Assembly: GCA_963772365.1 (NCBI GenBank)
Contig: CAVYXA010000005.1
Location: forward strand, 32,001 to 96,000
Reading direction: 5' to 3'
Length of the DNA: 64,000 bases
Source: an uncultured Verrucomicrobiae bacterium
Lineage (GTDB): Bacteria; Verrucomicrobiota; Verrucomicrobiia; Chthoniobacterales; UBA10450
Shown: positions 19,795 to 29,108 of the stretch, one piece after another
Numbering within the stretch: the stretch's first letter is position 1
How the letters are laid out: each line of letters begins with the position of its first letter
Notes under the pieces: model-generated
What the model was told of the DNA's origin: nothing
Database searches by the model: none
Seen by the model: the letters and a program-made list of their open reading frames with translations, nothing else
Position numbers and translations under genes: made by a program

Positions 19795-22047
19795 ATGCTA
19801 CGCAATAAGATCTATTACCGCGTAAAACCGTTCATACCTCCGGCGGTCCGAACCGCCGTCCGGCGGAAAGTCGTCAGACGACTCCGCAATGGCGTCGGGA
19901 ACATATGGCCCATCATGCCCGGCTCGGAACGGCTGCCGCAAAGCTGGGAGGGTTGGCCGAACGGAAAGAAGTTTGCGCTGGTTCTAACTCACGATGTAGA
20001 AGGTCGCGCCGGGTTAGCTCGGTGCCGTGATCTGATGAAGCTGGAGATGGATCTCGGTTTCCGTTCTTCGTTCAATTTTGTCCCGGAAGGTGAGTACCGC
20101 GTCCCTCGAGAATTAAGAGAAGAGTTAACTCAAAATGGCTTCGAGGTGGGACTCCACGATTTGCGTCATGATGGGCGATTGTTCGAATCGAAGCGGGAAT
20201 TCAGTCGGAATGCGTCGCGAATTAACCATTACGTGGCCGACTGGGGCGCGGCTGGATTCCGCTCCGGGTTCATGCTGCACAAGCTCGAGTGGCTTCATGA
20301 ATTGAAGGTTAAATACGACGCCTCCACTTTCGATACCGATCCATTCGAGCCCCAGCCGGAAGGGCGTCACACGATTTTCCCGTTCTGGGTTCCGGCTCCC
20401 GAAGTCGAAATTAGCCGGGCAATCAAACATCAAACATCAAACATCAAACATTCTGGCGGCGGCTACGTCGAGCTCCCTTACACACTTCCTCAGGATTCCA
20501 CACTCTTCCTATTGTTAGGCGAAACGACGATCGACATCTGGAAACGCAAACTCGATTGGATCGCGGAGAACGGGGGGATGGCCTTGCTGATCACACATCC
20601 CGATTACATGAGCTTCCGTTCGAAGCCAGACAGGACAGACGGGTATTCGGCTGCGCTCTATACTGAATTTCTCCAGTACGCCCAATCCAGATACGGCGGA
20701 CAATATTGGCATCCTCTGCCAAACTCGATTGCCGAGTTTGTCGTTCAACAAAAATGCGAATTGGCGTCCGGAGATAGTGCGGAAGCAAAGCATCCGATTT
20801 CCACTGGAATCAATGGTACCAATGGCAAGCTCCCGCCTGCGTCATTGGATCGACTGCGAGGCAAGCGCGCAGCGGTGCTTCTATTCTCCTATTATCCTGC
20901 TGATCCGCGACCCCGGCGGGCTGCGGAAGCGCTGGCCAGAGAAGGACTGATTGTCGATCTAATTTGTCTTCAACAAAATTGGAGAGAGGCACGAAGAGAA
21001 ATGATCAACGGAGTCAACGTTTTGCGAATTCCGGTAAAGCGCTCCCGCGGCGGTCAGTTGCGATACGTTTTCCAGTACTCCTCTTTTATTTTGCGGTGCT
21101 TTTTTCATCTCACTTTTCGCTCGTTGCTCCGACGGTATCATCTGGTTCACGTCCATAACATGCCGGACGTGCTCGTGTTCAGCGCGCTGGTTCCAAAGAT
21201 GTTAGGCGCGAAGATCGTCCTGGATCTTCACGATCCTATGCCGGAATTGATGCAGTCCATCTTCGGTCTTTCGCAGGAAAGCTGGAGTGTGCGCTTCCTG
21301 AAGCGACTGGAACAATGGAGCATTCAATTTTCCGATGCGGTGATCACCGTCAATGAAGCCTGCCGCAGGATTTACAGCAGTCGCAGTTGTTCCAAGGAAA
21401 AAGTCAGCGTGGTAATGAACGCGCCGAGTGAGGAGTTGTTCCCGCTTTCGCCTCCCGCTTTCAACTCTAATGGTCGCAATGGAGATTCATCGCGGCCATT
21501 TGCCATTTTGTACCATGGTTCCCTCGTGCCGCGAAACGGGTTCGACCTCGCCGTGGAAGCACTTCGCACGGCAACGAAGAGTGTGCCTGCGGCGGAGCTT
21601 TGGGTTTGCGGTGAAAGGACCCCTTTCTTTGACCAGGTCATGGCAAATGCGGAAAAGTCGGGGATCGGCCATGCCGTTCACTACCTGGGGCCGAAAGATC
21701 GACACGAAATTGCCGATGTGATTCGCCGCTGCGATGTGGGCGTGATTCCAAATCAACGAAACATATTTACCGAGATCAACACACCCACTCGAATCTTCGA
21801 GTGTCTCACGCTGGGCCGGCCAGTAATCGCGCCGCGGGCAGCAGGGATTCAGGACTATTTTGGCGATGATGACCTGATCTTTTTTGATTTGGGGGATGCA
21901 AACGACCTGGCGCGCAAGATCGAGTTTACTTTTTCACAGCCGGAATCTGTGGCGCGCATCGTCGAGCGAGGGCAGCAGGTCTACCGCGCTCACAGTTGGA
22001 CTCAGGAGAAATCAGTACTTCTGCAGACTCTCAGTAATTTGTTCTAG
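19795..22047 (+). CDS. Fusion of polysaccharide deacetylase-like domain and GT4 glycosyltransferase
   Basis: LTHDVE, EVGLHD, GFRSG in N-half; DPRPRRAAEAL, HNMPD, PTRIFECLTLGRPVI in C-half. Confidence 0.85.
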   Translation: MLRNKIYYRVKPFIPPAVRTAVRRKVVRRLRNGVGNIWPIMPGSERLPQSWEGWPNGKKFALVLTHDVEGRAGLARCRDLMKLEMDLGFRSSFNFVPEGEYRVPRELREELTQNGFEVGLHDLRHDGRLFESKREFSRNASRINHYVADWGAAGFRSGFMLHKLEWLHELKVKYDASTFDTDPFEPQPEGRHTIFPFWVPAPEVEISRAIKHQTSNIKHSGGGYVELPYTLPQDSTLFLLLGETTIDIWKRKLDWIAENGGMALLITHPDYMSFRSKPDRTDGYSAALYTEFLQYAQSRYGGQYWHPLPNSIAEFVVQQKCELASGDSAEAKHPISTGINGTNGKLPPASLDRLRGKRAAVLLFSYYPADPRPRRAAEALAREGLIVDLICLQQNWREARREMINGVNVLRIPVKRSRGGQLRYVFQYSSFILRCFFHLTFRSLLRRYHLVHVHNMPDVLVFSALVPKMLGAKIVLDLHDPMPELMQSIFGLSQESWSVRFLKRLEQWSIQFSDAVITVNEACRRIYSSRSCSKEKVSVVMNAPSEELFPLSPPAFNSNGRNGDSSRPFAILYHGSLVPRNGFDLAVEALRTATKSVPAAELWVCGERTPFFDQVMANAEKSGIGHAVHYLGPKDRHEIADVIRRCDVGVIPNQRNIFTEINTPTRIFECLTLGRPVIAPRAAGIQDYFGDDDLIFFDLGDANDLARKIEFTFSQPESVARIVERGQQVYRAHSWTQEKSVLLQTLSNLF

Positions 22048-22094
22048 CGTCCGGCGATGGTTTGGTCGATCACGAGTCTGATTGATTTTCTCGA

Positions 22095-23732
22095 ATGATC
22101 GCCGTTAGGGCGAGTGAAGACGAAAAAGATGTCGTCCGGGAATTTTTCGAGCTGTTCAAGACGCCGTGGCAGTTTTACGGGGATGGCTCGAATTATGACG
22201 TTCTGATCTGCTCGGGCGACCAGTTGCCGGAGAATGACGCGAGGCTGGTCTTGATTTATGGAAACGAACGAAACGATTTTGATCGACAAAACCGGCTCGA
22301 GTTTCTTTCTCAGCGCCCAAACGCGATTCTTTCCTTTCAGCACGATCGAATCCCAATTTATGGGAAGTGTATCGCATTTGCCGGGCAGGCCACGGAACAG
22401 CTTGTCGATGCTTCCACGCGCGAGTCGATCGCAACGGAAATCGCAACGCCGCGCCAAACCATTATCCGCATTGGTTTCAACCTGTTTGGCGAAATTCGGT
22501 CCTTACTAACCCATGGCCAACCGATTGAGCATGCTGCGGTCCCAACGCTCGATCTGCACATTGCGCTTCTTCGCCGTTTGATTCTCAGCCACTCGATAAC
22601 TCTTCTTGAAATTCCTCCTCTTCCCAGCGGTTACCGTTTTGCAGCATGTCTCACTCATGATATCGATCATGCCGGAATCCGACACCACCGGTTCGATCAT
22701 ACCATTTTCGGATTTCTTTACCGGGCGACCATTGGATCATTAGTCGATTTTCTTAGGGGCCGAAGATCGGCGGGGCAATTAGCTGCCAATTGGAGGGCAG
22801 CTTTTTCTTTACCTTTTGTTTACCTCGGATTGCTCCGGGATTTTTGGAAACGATTCGATCGCTACACCGATCTAGAACAGCGTCTCCCTTCAACTTTTTT
22901 CGTTGTACCCGATAAGAACCGCCCGGGAAGGAATGGAACGGCATCCGCCCCGCAAAAGCGCGCTACGCGTTACGATGTCTCCGATGTCGCGGAACAGATT
23001 CAGTGCCTTGCTGCCGCAAACTGCGAAATCGGTTGCCATGGCATTGATAGTTGGTCCGATACCAGTGAGGGCGCTCAAGAATTAAAGCGGATTCAGGGCG
23101 CAACGAACAGAGCAACAATTGGTCACCGGAGCCATTGGCTTTATCAAGATAAAGATTCGCCGCGATATCTGGAAGAAGCGGGCTTCGCTTATGATTCCAG
23201 CGTCGGCTACAACGAAACGATCGGTTATCGAGCGGGCACCACTCAGGTCTTCAAGCCTCTAGCGGCAACGCGGATACTCGAACTACCCCTGCACATCATG
23301 GATACGGCGCTATTCTTTCCTGATTACATGAACCTTTCAGAAGAACAAGCCAGGCGCCGACTGCGACCAATACTGGAGAACGCCGATCGCTTCGGCGGCG
23401 TGTTAACCGTGAACTGGCATGGTCGAAGTATCGCTCCGGAAAGACTCTGGGTGGATCCCTATCTGTCTCTGTTAGGCGCGTTGAAGAGTAAAGGAGCTTG
23501 GTTCGCTACTGCCGGTGATGCGGTCTCATGGTTCCAAAAGCGTCGCTCGGCCAGGATCGACAATATTACCAGCGAAGGCGATTCCATCCGCGCGCATGTT
23601 TCCGTCGCGGAGTCGGACAGCAAACTTCCGGGATTACTGGTCAGATTGCACAAGTCACCGTCCGAACATGTCGATCAGCCACTCAATGAATCCGGAGAAG
23701 TTGTGTTCGCCGACCTCCTTGGCACGCCGTAA
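22095..23732 (+). CDS. Polysaccharide deacetylase-like protein
   Basis: CLTHDIDH, EIGCHG, GHRSHWL, YDSSVGYNETIGYRAGT, LPLHIMDTALF. Confidence 0.8.
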   Translation: MIAVRASEDEKDVVREFFELFKTPWQFYGDGSNYDVLICSGDQLPENDARLVLIYGNERNDFDRQNRLEFLSQRPNAILSFQHDRIPIYGKCIAFAGQATEQLVDASTRESIATEIATPRQTIIRIGFNLFGEIRSLLTHGQPIEHAAVPTLDLHIALLRRLILSHSITLLEIPPLPSGYRFAACLTHDIDHAGIRHHRFDHTIFGFLYRATIGSLVDFLRGRRSAGQLAANWRAAFSLPFVYLGLLRDFWKRFDRYTDLEQRLPSTFFVVPDKNRPGRNGTASAPQKRATRYDVSDVAEQIQCLAAANCEIGCHGIDSWSDTSEGAQELKRIQGATNRATIGHRSHWLYQDKDSPRYLEEAGFAYDSSVGYNETIGYRAGTTQVFKPLAATRILELPLHIMDTALFFPDYMNLSEEQARRRLRPILENADRFGGVLTVNWHGRSIAPERLWVDPYLSLLGALKSKGAWFATAGDAVSWFQKRRSARIDNITSEGDSIRAHVSVAESDSKLPGLLVRLHKSPSEHVDQPLNESGEVVFADLLGTP

Positions 23733-23759
23733 CTTCAGCATAGGCGGCTGATTTCTGAA

Positions 23760-24770
23760 ATGCTTACGCTTGCTCAATTTGGTTGTGGTTACTGGGGGCC
23801 GAACCTGCTACGGAATTTTTCTGCGCTGCCCGACTGCAGTGTGAAATATGTGGTCGATCAGAGTCCGGACCGCCGGCTGTTCGTGGAACGGAACTTCCCC
23901 AAGACCGTCGCAATCGAGTCGTGCGACCGCGTCTTAAAGGACTCCGATGTAGACGCCGTAGTCATCGCTACTCCGGCGGCGAGCCATTTCGTTTTGGCAA
24001 AGCAGGTGTTGGATGCCGGCAAGCATGTCTTTGTTGAAAAACCGTTAGCGACTAAGGCGAGCGAAGTGGATGAGCTCAGCCGGTACGCCGCCGATCGAAA
24101 CCTCGTAGTAATGGTGGGTCACACCTTCATTTACAATTCTGCCGTCCGTTACGTGAAGCAGCTGATCGACGCAGGCGAACTGGGGGAAATCCGCTACATC
24201 TACAGCCAGCGTTTGAATCTTGGCCGGATCCGGGCGGACATTGATGCTCTTTGGAATTTTGCGCCTCACGACATCAGCATCATCCAATACTGGCTGGGAA
24301 ATCCGGAGCCGCTCTCCGTTTCACGCCAGGGGATGGCTTACATGCAGGACGGAATCGACGATGTTGTTTTCCTTAATCTCGAGTATCCCGGGAAGATCAT
24401 CGCTAACATTCACGTGAGTTGGCTCGATCCGCAGAAAGTCCGCAAGATGATCGTAGTCGGCTCGCGCAAAATGGTTGTTTACGACGACGTCGCTGAAAAC
24501 AAGATCGCCATTTACGACAAGGGAATCGATAAAAAAGCGATCCTTGGACAAAATATGGACTTCGATCATCCGCAGCCGCTGCAATTCAACTATCGAAGTG
24601 GCGATGTGCTTTTGCCTCAGGTGGAGTTTACCGAGCCGCTCCGCGTCGAAGCCGAGCATTTTGTCGATTGCATTCTGAACAGTCGCACTCCTCTAACCGG
24701 GGCCGATCACGCCCGCACTGTCGTCTCGATCCTCGAGCGCGCCCGGCCGTTCAATCATAATGGGCAATAG
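23760..24770 (+). CDS. Gfo/Idh/MocA oxidoreductase (second copy)
   Basis: GCGYWGPNL, GKHVFVEKP, WNFAPHD; paralog of 14020..15108. Confidence 0.9.
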   Translation: MLTLAQFGCGYWGPNLLRNFSALPDCSVKYVVDQSPDRRLFVERNFPKTVAIESCDRVLKDSDVDAVVIATPAASHFVLAKQVLDAGKHVFVEKPLATKASEVDELSRYAADRNLVVMVGHTFIYNSAVRYVKQLIDAGELGEIRYIYSQRLNLGRIRADIDALWNFAPHDISIIQYWLGNPEPLSVSRQGMAYMQDGIDDVVFLNLEYPGKIIANIHVSWLDPQKVRKMIVVGSRKMVVYDDVAENKIAIYDKGIDKKAILGQNMDFDHPQPLQFNYRSGDVLLPQVEFTEPLRVEAEHFVDCILNSRTPLTGADHARTVVSILERARPFNHNGQ

Positions 24771-24801
24771 GTCGGCACAACAAATCGCGAAGCGTTAAAT
24801 A

Positions 24802-25332
24802 ATGGCCCGAGAACGCAGTGTCGCTGTAGGGGAAGCTGACAGCTTCCCGCTGGGAGAGGATCTGCGGGCCGCGAACGTTCCCAAACTCCGTCATGTCGGC
24901 ATTGTCGATGTTAATTTCGGAAAAAACGTCACAGTCGTACAGCCGGTGAATCTCTACGGCTGCGAAATTGGTGATGAAACGTTCATCGGACCATTTGTCG
25001 AGATTCAAAAGGGCGCCACGATCGGCAAACGCTGCCGAATCCAATCACACGCTTTCATCTGTGACATGGTGAAGGTTGGCGACGACTGCTTCATCTCCCA
25101 TGGCGCGATGTTCATTAACGACCTGTTTACTACCGGCGGACCAGCCGGAAAACCCGAGCTCTGGCGCTCAACCAAAATCGGCAAACACGTCAGCATTGGA
25201 ACGAACGCGACGATTCTTCCGGTGACAATCTGTGATCACGCGGTGATCGGCGCTGGCGCCGTAGTGACCAAGGACATCACCGAACCCGGCTTTTACGTTG
25301 GTAACCCTGCGCGTTTGCTGCGGCCGATTTAA
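24802..25332 (+). CDS. Hexapeptide-repeat N-acyltransferase (WbpD/WlbB-like)
   Basis: IGDETFIGPFVEIQKGATIG, IGAGAVVTKD, GNPAR. Confidence 0.9.
   Translation: MARERSVAVGEADSFPLGEDLRAANVPKLRHVGIVDVNFGKNVTVVQPVNLYGCEIGDETFIGPFVEIQKGATIGKRCRIQSHAFICDMVKVGDDCFISHGAMFINDLFTTGGPAGKPELWRSTKIGKHVSIGTNATILPVTICDHAVIGAGAVVTKDITEPGFYVGNPARLLRPI
24825..24848 (+). repeat. Single REP copy identical to 16278-16301
   Basis: tgtaggggaagctgacagcttccc. Confidence 0.9.
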
Positions 25333-25433
25333 CGGTTCAACGATTTAACTATTTAACGATTGCTCGTTGTAGCGTGCGCTGTCTCAGCGCAAAATATCGT
25401 TTACGCGTTGCGCAACGTGTTTAACTTTACGAC

Positions 25434-26018
25434 ATGAGGGCTACAATCGAACCACCGAGTCCGATCGGTTCTGATAAACGGCTTTACACGTACAACGAGT
25501 TGGTGGCAGAAATGCCCGAATCAAGCCAGCCCACCGAATTGTGGGACGGAGAATTGATCATGTCGCCAGCGCCATCGTTTTTTCACCAAAAGATCGTCTT
25601 TCGCTCCCAGAAGGCGCTTAACGACTGGGTTGTCGCTCGTCGGTTAGGCGAGGTTGTCGGCGCGCCTATCGATATGGTCCTATCGCCACACCGGGTAGTG
25701 CAACCGGATGTCGCCTTTATCGCGAAAGAGCGGCTGAATATTATTGAGCGGGCAATCATGGGTCCGGCCGATCTTGTCCTGGAAGTGATTTCACTCGGCG
25801 GACGCAATCGCGATCGGATAGAGAAACGTGACCTCTACGAGCAATACGGAGTCAAAGAGTATTGGATTATCGATCCTGAGTCGGAAACGGTCGACGTCTT
25901 GGAGTTAGTGAACGGGCGATTCGAGCTTGGCATGCGCTGCATAAATGGCCAGAGCGCAGCCTCGCGCCTACTACCCGGGTTTGAAATTGCGCTCGGATAC
26001 CTATTTGGCGGCGATTGA
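25434..26018 (+). CDS. Uma2 family (DUF820) endonuclease-like protein
   Basis: ELWDGELIMSPAP, VVQPDV, LVLEVIS, KRDLYEQYGVKEYWIIDP. Confidence 0.9.
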   Translation: MRATIEPPSPIGSDKRLYTYNELVAEMPESSQPTELWDGELIMSPAPSFFHQKIVFRSQKALNDWVVARRLGEVVGAPIDMVLSPHRVVQPDVAFIAKERLNIIERAIMGPADLVLEVISLGGRNRDRIEKRDLYEQYGVKEYWIIDPESETVDVLELVNGRFELGMRCINGQSAASRLLPGFEIALGYLFGGD

Positions 26019-26136
26019 TGCGCGTAGGTTCTGTCCACCTACATCCACCCTCCTGGCCTCAATTCTTGAATCTTCCCTCTGACTTGAACGTTGGATGTTG
26101 AGCGCTGAGCGTTCGGCGTTTTCCTCCTTTTCCAAC

Positions 26137-27264
26137 ATGAAAATAGCCTTTGTCGATCTTCATGCTCAGTATCTGAGCATTAAATCGGAAACCGATGCGG
26201 CGATTGCCGAAGTGATCGCTGAGTCGTCGTTTATTCGAGGCCCGCACGTAGACAAGTTCGAGAAGAACTGGGCCAAGACTGTCGGTGTAAAACATTGCAT
26301 CTCCTGCGCCAATGGAACGGATGCGCTTTACATCGCAATGCGCGCGCTTGGGATCAAGCCCGGCGATGAAGTCATTACCAGCGCGCACTCCTGGATCGCC
26401 ACCTCGGAAACGATTACCCAGGCCGGCGGACGCGTCGTCTTTTGCGATACGGAACAGGACACGTTCACTGTCGATCCTGCGGATATCGAAGCGAAGATCA
26501 CGCCGAGGACGGTCGGCATCATCCCAGTCCATTTGTACGGTCAACCAGCCGATATGGGCGCGATCATGTCGATCGCGAAGAAGCACAAGCTTTGGGTGAT
26601 AGAAGATTGCGCCCAGGCGCATCTCGCCCGGTACAAAGGACAATTTGTCGGAACATTCGGCGACATTGCGACCTTTTCGTTCTATCCCGGCAAAAATCTC
26701 GGCGCCTATGGCGACGCCGGATGCATCGTGACCGGCGACGATCGCCTGGCCGATTGGATGACAACTTTTGCCCGTCACGGCGGCAAAGGCGAGCACGTGA
26801 TGGAAGGGATCAATAGCCGGATGGACGGCCTGCAAGGGGCAATTTTGAACGTGAAATTGCCGCACCTCGCTGCGTGGACAACAGCCCGGCAGCAAATCGC
26901 AGCGCGATATGATGAGTTCCTGAAAGATGTGACCGATGTCGTTACGCCAATCGTCGGGACGGGGCGCGAACACGTTTACCATCTCTATGTGATTCGCATA
27001 GAAAAACGGGATGCATTGCGGAAACATTTGGCCAATGCTGGCGTCAGCACGGTCCTAAATTATCCAAAGGCGCTGCCATTTTATCCGGCTTATTCCTATC
27101 TCGCTCATAAGCCGGAAGATTTCCCCGTAGCCCACGCGAATCAGTCGCGTATTCTTTCCTTGCCCATCTATCCTGAGATCTGGGACGAAATGATTTCTTA
27201 CGTGGCTGACTCCATTGGCGAGTTTATGAACGCCGGCGCGAGAAAAACCACCGCTGTCTCCTGA
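26137..27264 (+). CDS. DegT/DnrJ/EryC1/StrS aminotransferase (second copy)
   Basis: MKIAFVDL, NGTDAL, IEDCAQAH, SFYPGKNLGAYGDAG. Confidence 0.95.
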   Translation: MKIAFVDLHAQYLSIKSETDAAIAEVIAESSFIRGPHVDKFEKNWAKTVGVKHCISCANGTDALYIAMRALGIKPGDEVITSAHSWIATSETITQAGGRVVFCDTEQDTFTVDPADIEAKITPRTVGIIPVHLYGQPADMGAIMSIAKKHKLWVIEDCAQAHLARYKGQFVGTFGDIATFSFYPGKNLGAYGDAGCIVTGDDRLADWMTTFARHGGKGEHVMEGINSRMDGLQGAILNVKLPHLAAWTTARQQIAARYDEFLKDVTDVVTPIVGTGREHVYHLYVIRIEKRDALRKHLANAGVSTVLNYPKALPFYPAYSYLAHKPEDFPVAHANQSRILSLPIYPEIWDEMISYVADSIGEFMNAGARKTTAVS

Positions 27265-27453
27265 TTTCAGCGTTTCAGTTTGTCAGCTTTTAAAATTCAG
27301 TCGCTGCCCACGCTCCTTCATCGCTACCCTCGCGATTTTACCTTCTATGTCGCTCTTCCCGATCGCTCCATTCAGTTTTTCGAGCCTGTCCTCTGCCATC
27401 AGTCGTCTGTCCTCCTCTTCTGACTTCTGATCTCTGACCTCTGACCTCTGGCT

Positions 27454-28068
27454 ATGCCTTCTCCTCTCAACGTCCTCTGCGTCATCGGAACGTCAGCGGC
27501 AACTTCTGCCACGCATGTGGTCGTTGGGCATATTGCAAAGCGACTTCAGGCATTAGGCGCCACGGTTGACGTTTTCGATCCCAGTAAAAAGGCGCTATTG
27601 CTTTTTAATCCCGAGTCCTCGTTTGGTGCGTCGGAGTTCCTGGAACTCAAGAAGCGAGTGGAGTTGGCTGACGTCTATGTACTGGCCACACCGGATTATC
27701 ACGGCAGCATTTCCAGCACACTCAAAAATTTTTTGGATCATTTTTGGCAGGAGTTTACCGGCAAGCTCTTTGTTGAAGTAGTTTGTTCTCCCGAAAAAGG
27801 TCTGACTGTCATCGATCAGCTCCGGACCGTCGCTCGTCAATGCTACGCCTGGACGTTGCCCTACGGCTTATCTGCTGCTCCCACGGATGTGAAAAAGAAC
27901 GAGATCGTCGGCGATGCTCTTCGTGAGCGGATCGAAATGCTCGTTCATGATCTCAAAGTTTACGGCGTCATTCTTCGCCAGCAGCGTGCGGCTGACTTGT
28001 CGGGTTTCGATCCGAGCTTCTTAACTCGATTACGCCGGCACGGATCCGCGGCCGGTTTGGCAGGTTGA
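27454..28068 (+). CDS. NADPH-dependent FMN reductase family protein
   Basis: ATPDYHGSISSTLKNFLD. Confidence 0.85.
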   Translation: MPSPLNVLCVIGTSAATSATHVVVGHIAKRLQALGATVDVFDPSKKALLLFNPESSFGASEFLELKKRVELADVYVLATPDYHGSISSTLKNFLDHFWQEFTGKLFVEVVCSPEKGLTVIDQLRTVARQCYAWTLPYGLSAAPTDVKKNEIVGDALRERIEMLVHDLKVYGVILRQQRAADLSGFDPSFLTRLRRHGSAAGLAG

Positions 28069-28077
28069 TTCCACCCC

Positions 28078-29108
28078 ATGCCATCACTTAAGAAACCGAT
28101 TTTCATAGTCGGCTTGCCCAGAACTGGATCAAAGCTGTTGATGAATATCATCAACAACAATGCTTTGACCAATTATCATGTTGCCAATGAAGTGCAGTTC
28201 TTCGGTCATTCTCGGCTCGGGCGGGTCCTTCAGAGACGTCGGGGCATAATGCCAATTATCGAAAGGGAACGAAGTGGTTCCGGCCGGATCAACTGGGAGC
28301 GCGCAGTCGATCGCTTGTATTCGGGCGAAGCCAAGGGCGTTCACTGGAACGGTCTCAGTGGCGGCTGGTTGAACATTCCCAAGAGCAAACTTTTGCAAAG
28401 TCTGTCGCAAACGGATGAGAGCCCGAGATCAATCTATGAAGCCATTCTAGCCACGCAGGAAAAGGAGTACAGCGGTTACGGCGACAAAAGCGGCCCGAAT
28501 CTTTATTTTGTGGATGAGCTTCTGAGCTGGTTTCCTGATGGGAAGGTAATTCAAATCATCCGCGATCCGCGGGCGATCCTGACTTCCCAACACAAGCGAT
28601 TGCTCTCGATGTTGGATACAAAAGCGGGGCGCCGGGTCTTGTCACGAAAGTCAAGAAACTGTGCTACAGCCCGATGATCGTCCTCTATATTCTAACGTAT
28701 TGGGGATACGCCATTTGGGTGGACAATCGATTATCGCGATCGCATCCCAATAACTATCTTGGCATTCAGTTCGAGAAATTGATTGCGAAGCCGGAGGAGA
28801 CGACAAGAACGATCTGTCAATTCCTCTCTATTCCGTGGGACGCCAGAATGATCGCGCCGCCGAAACGGGATTCCAGTTATATTGATCCCAGCGATATTCG
28901 AAAAAAAGTCGACCGCGGCACGGGCATGGATCAAGAGGCGACCGACCGTTGGCGTGTCCACATCCGGCCGTGGATGAAACTGGCTGCGAACATTTACGGT
29001 TCGCTCTTTTATCCTGCCGCTTTGGCGAGATTCGGTTACGTGGATCATAACGTTTCGCGCTCTGTCGTTTCCAGTAAGGAAACAATGGCGTCCGTTCCGA
29101 AAGGATGA
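28078..29108 (+). CDS. Sulfotransferase, split by a frameshift near 28645
   Basis: PIFIVGLPRTGSKLL, GDKSG, IIRDPRA; second ORF has FEKLIAKPEE...RW. Confidence 0.8.

Noticed and set aside
26059..27027. 322-aa - strand ORF
   Set aside because: Antisense shadow of the DegT aminotransferase
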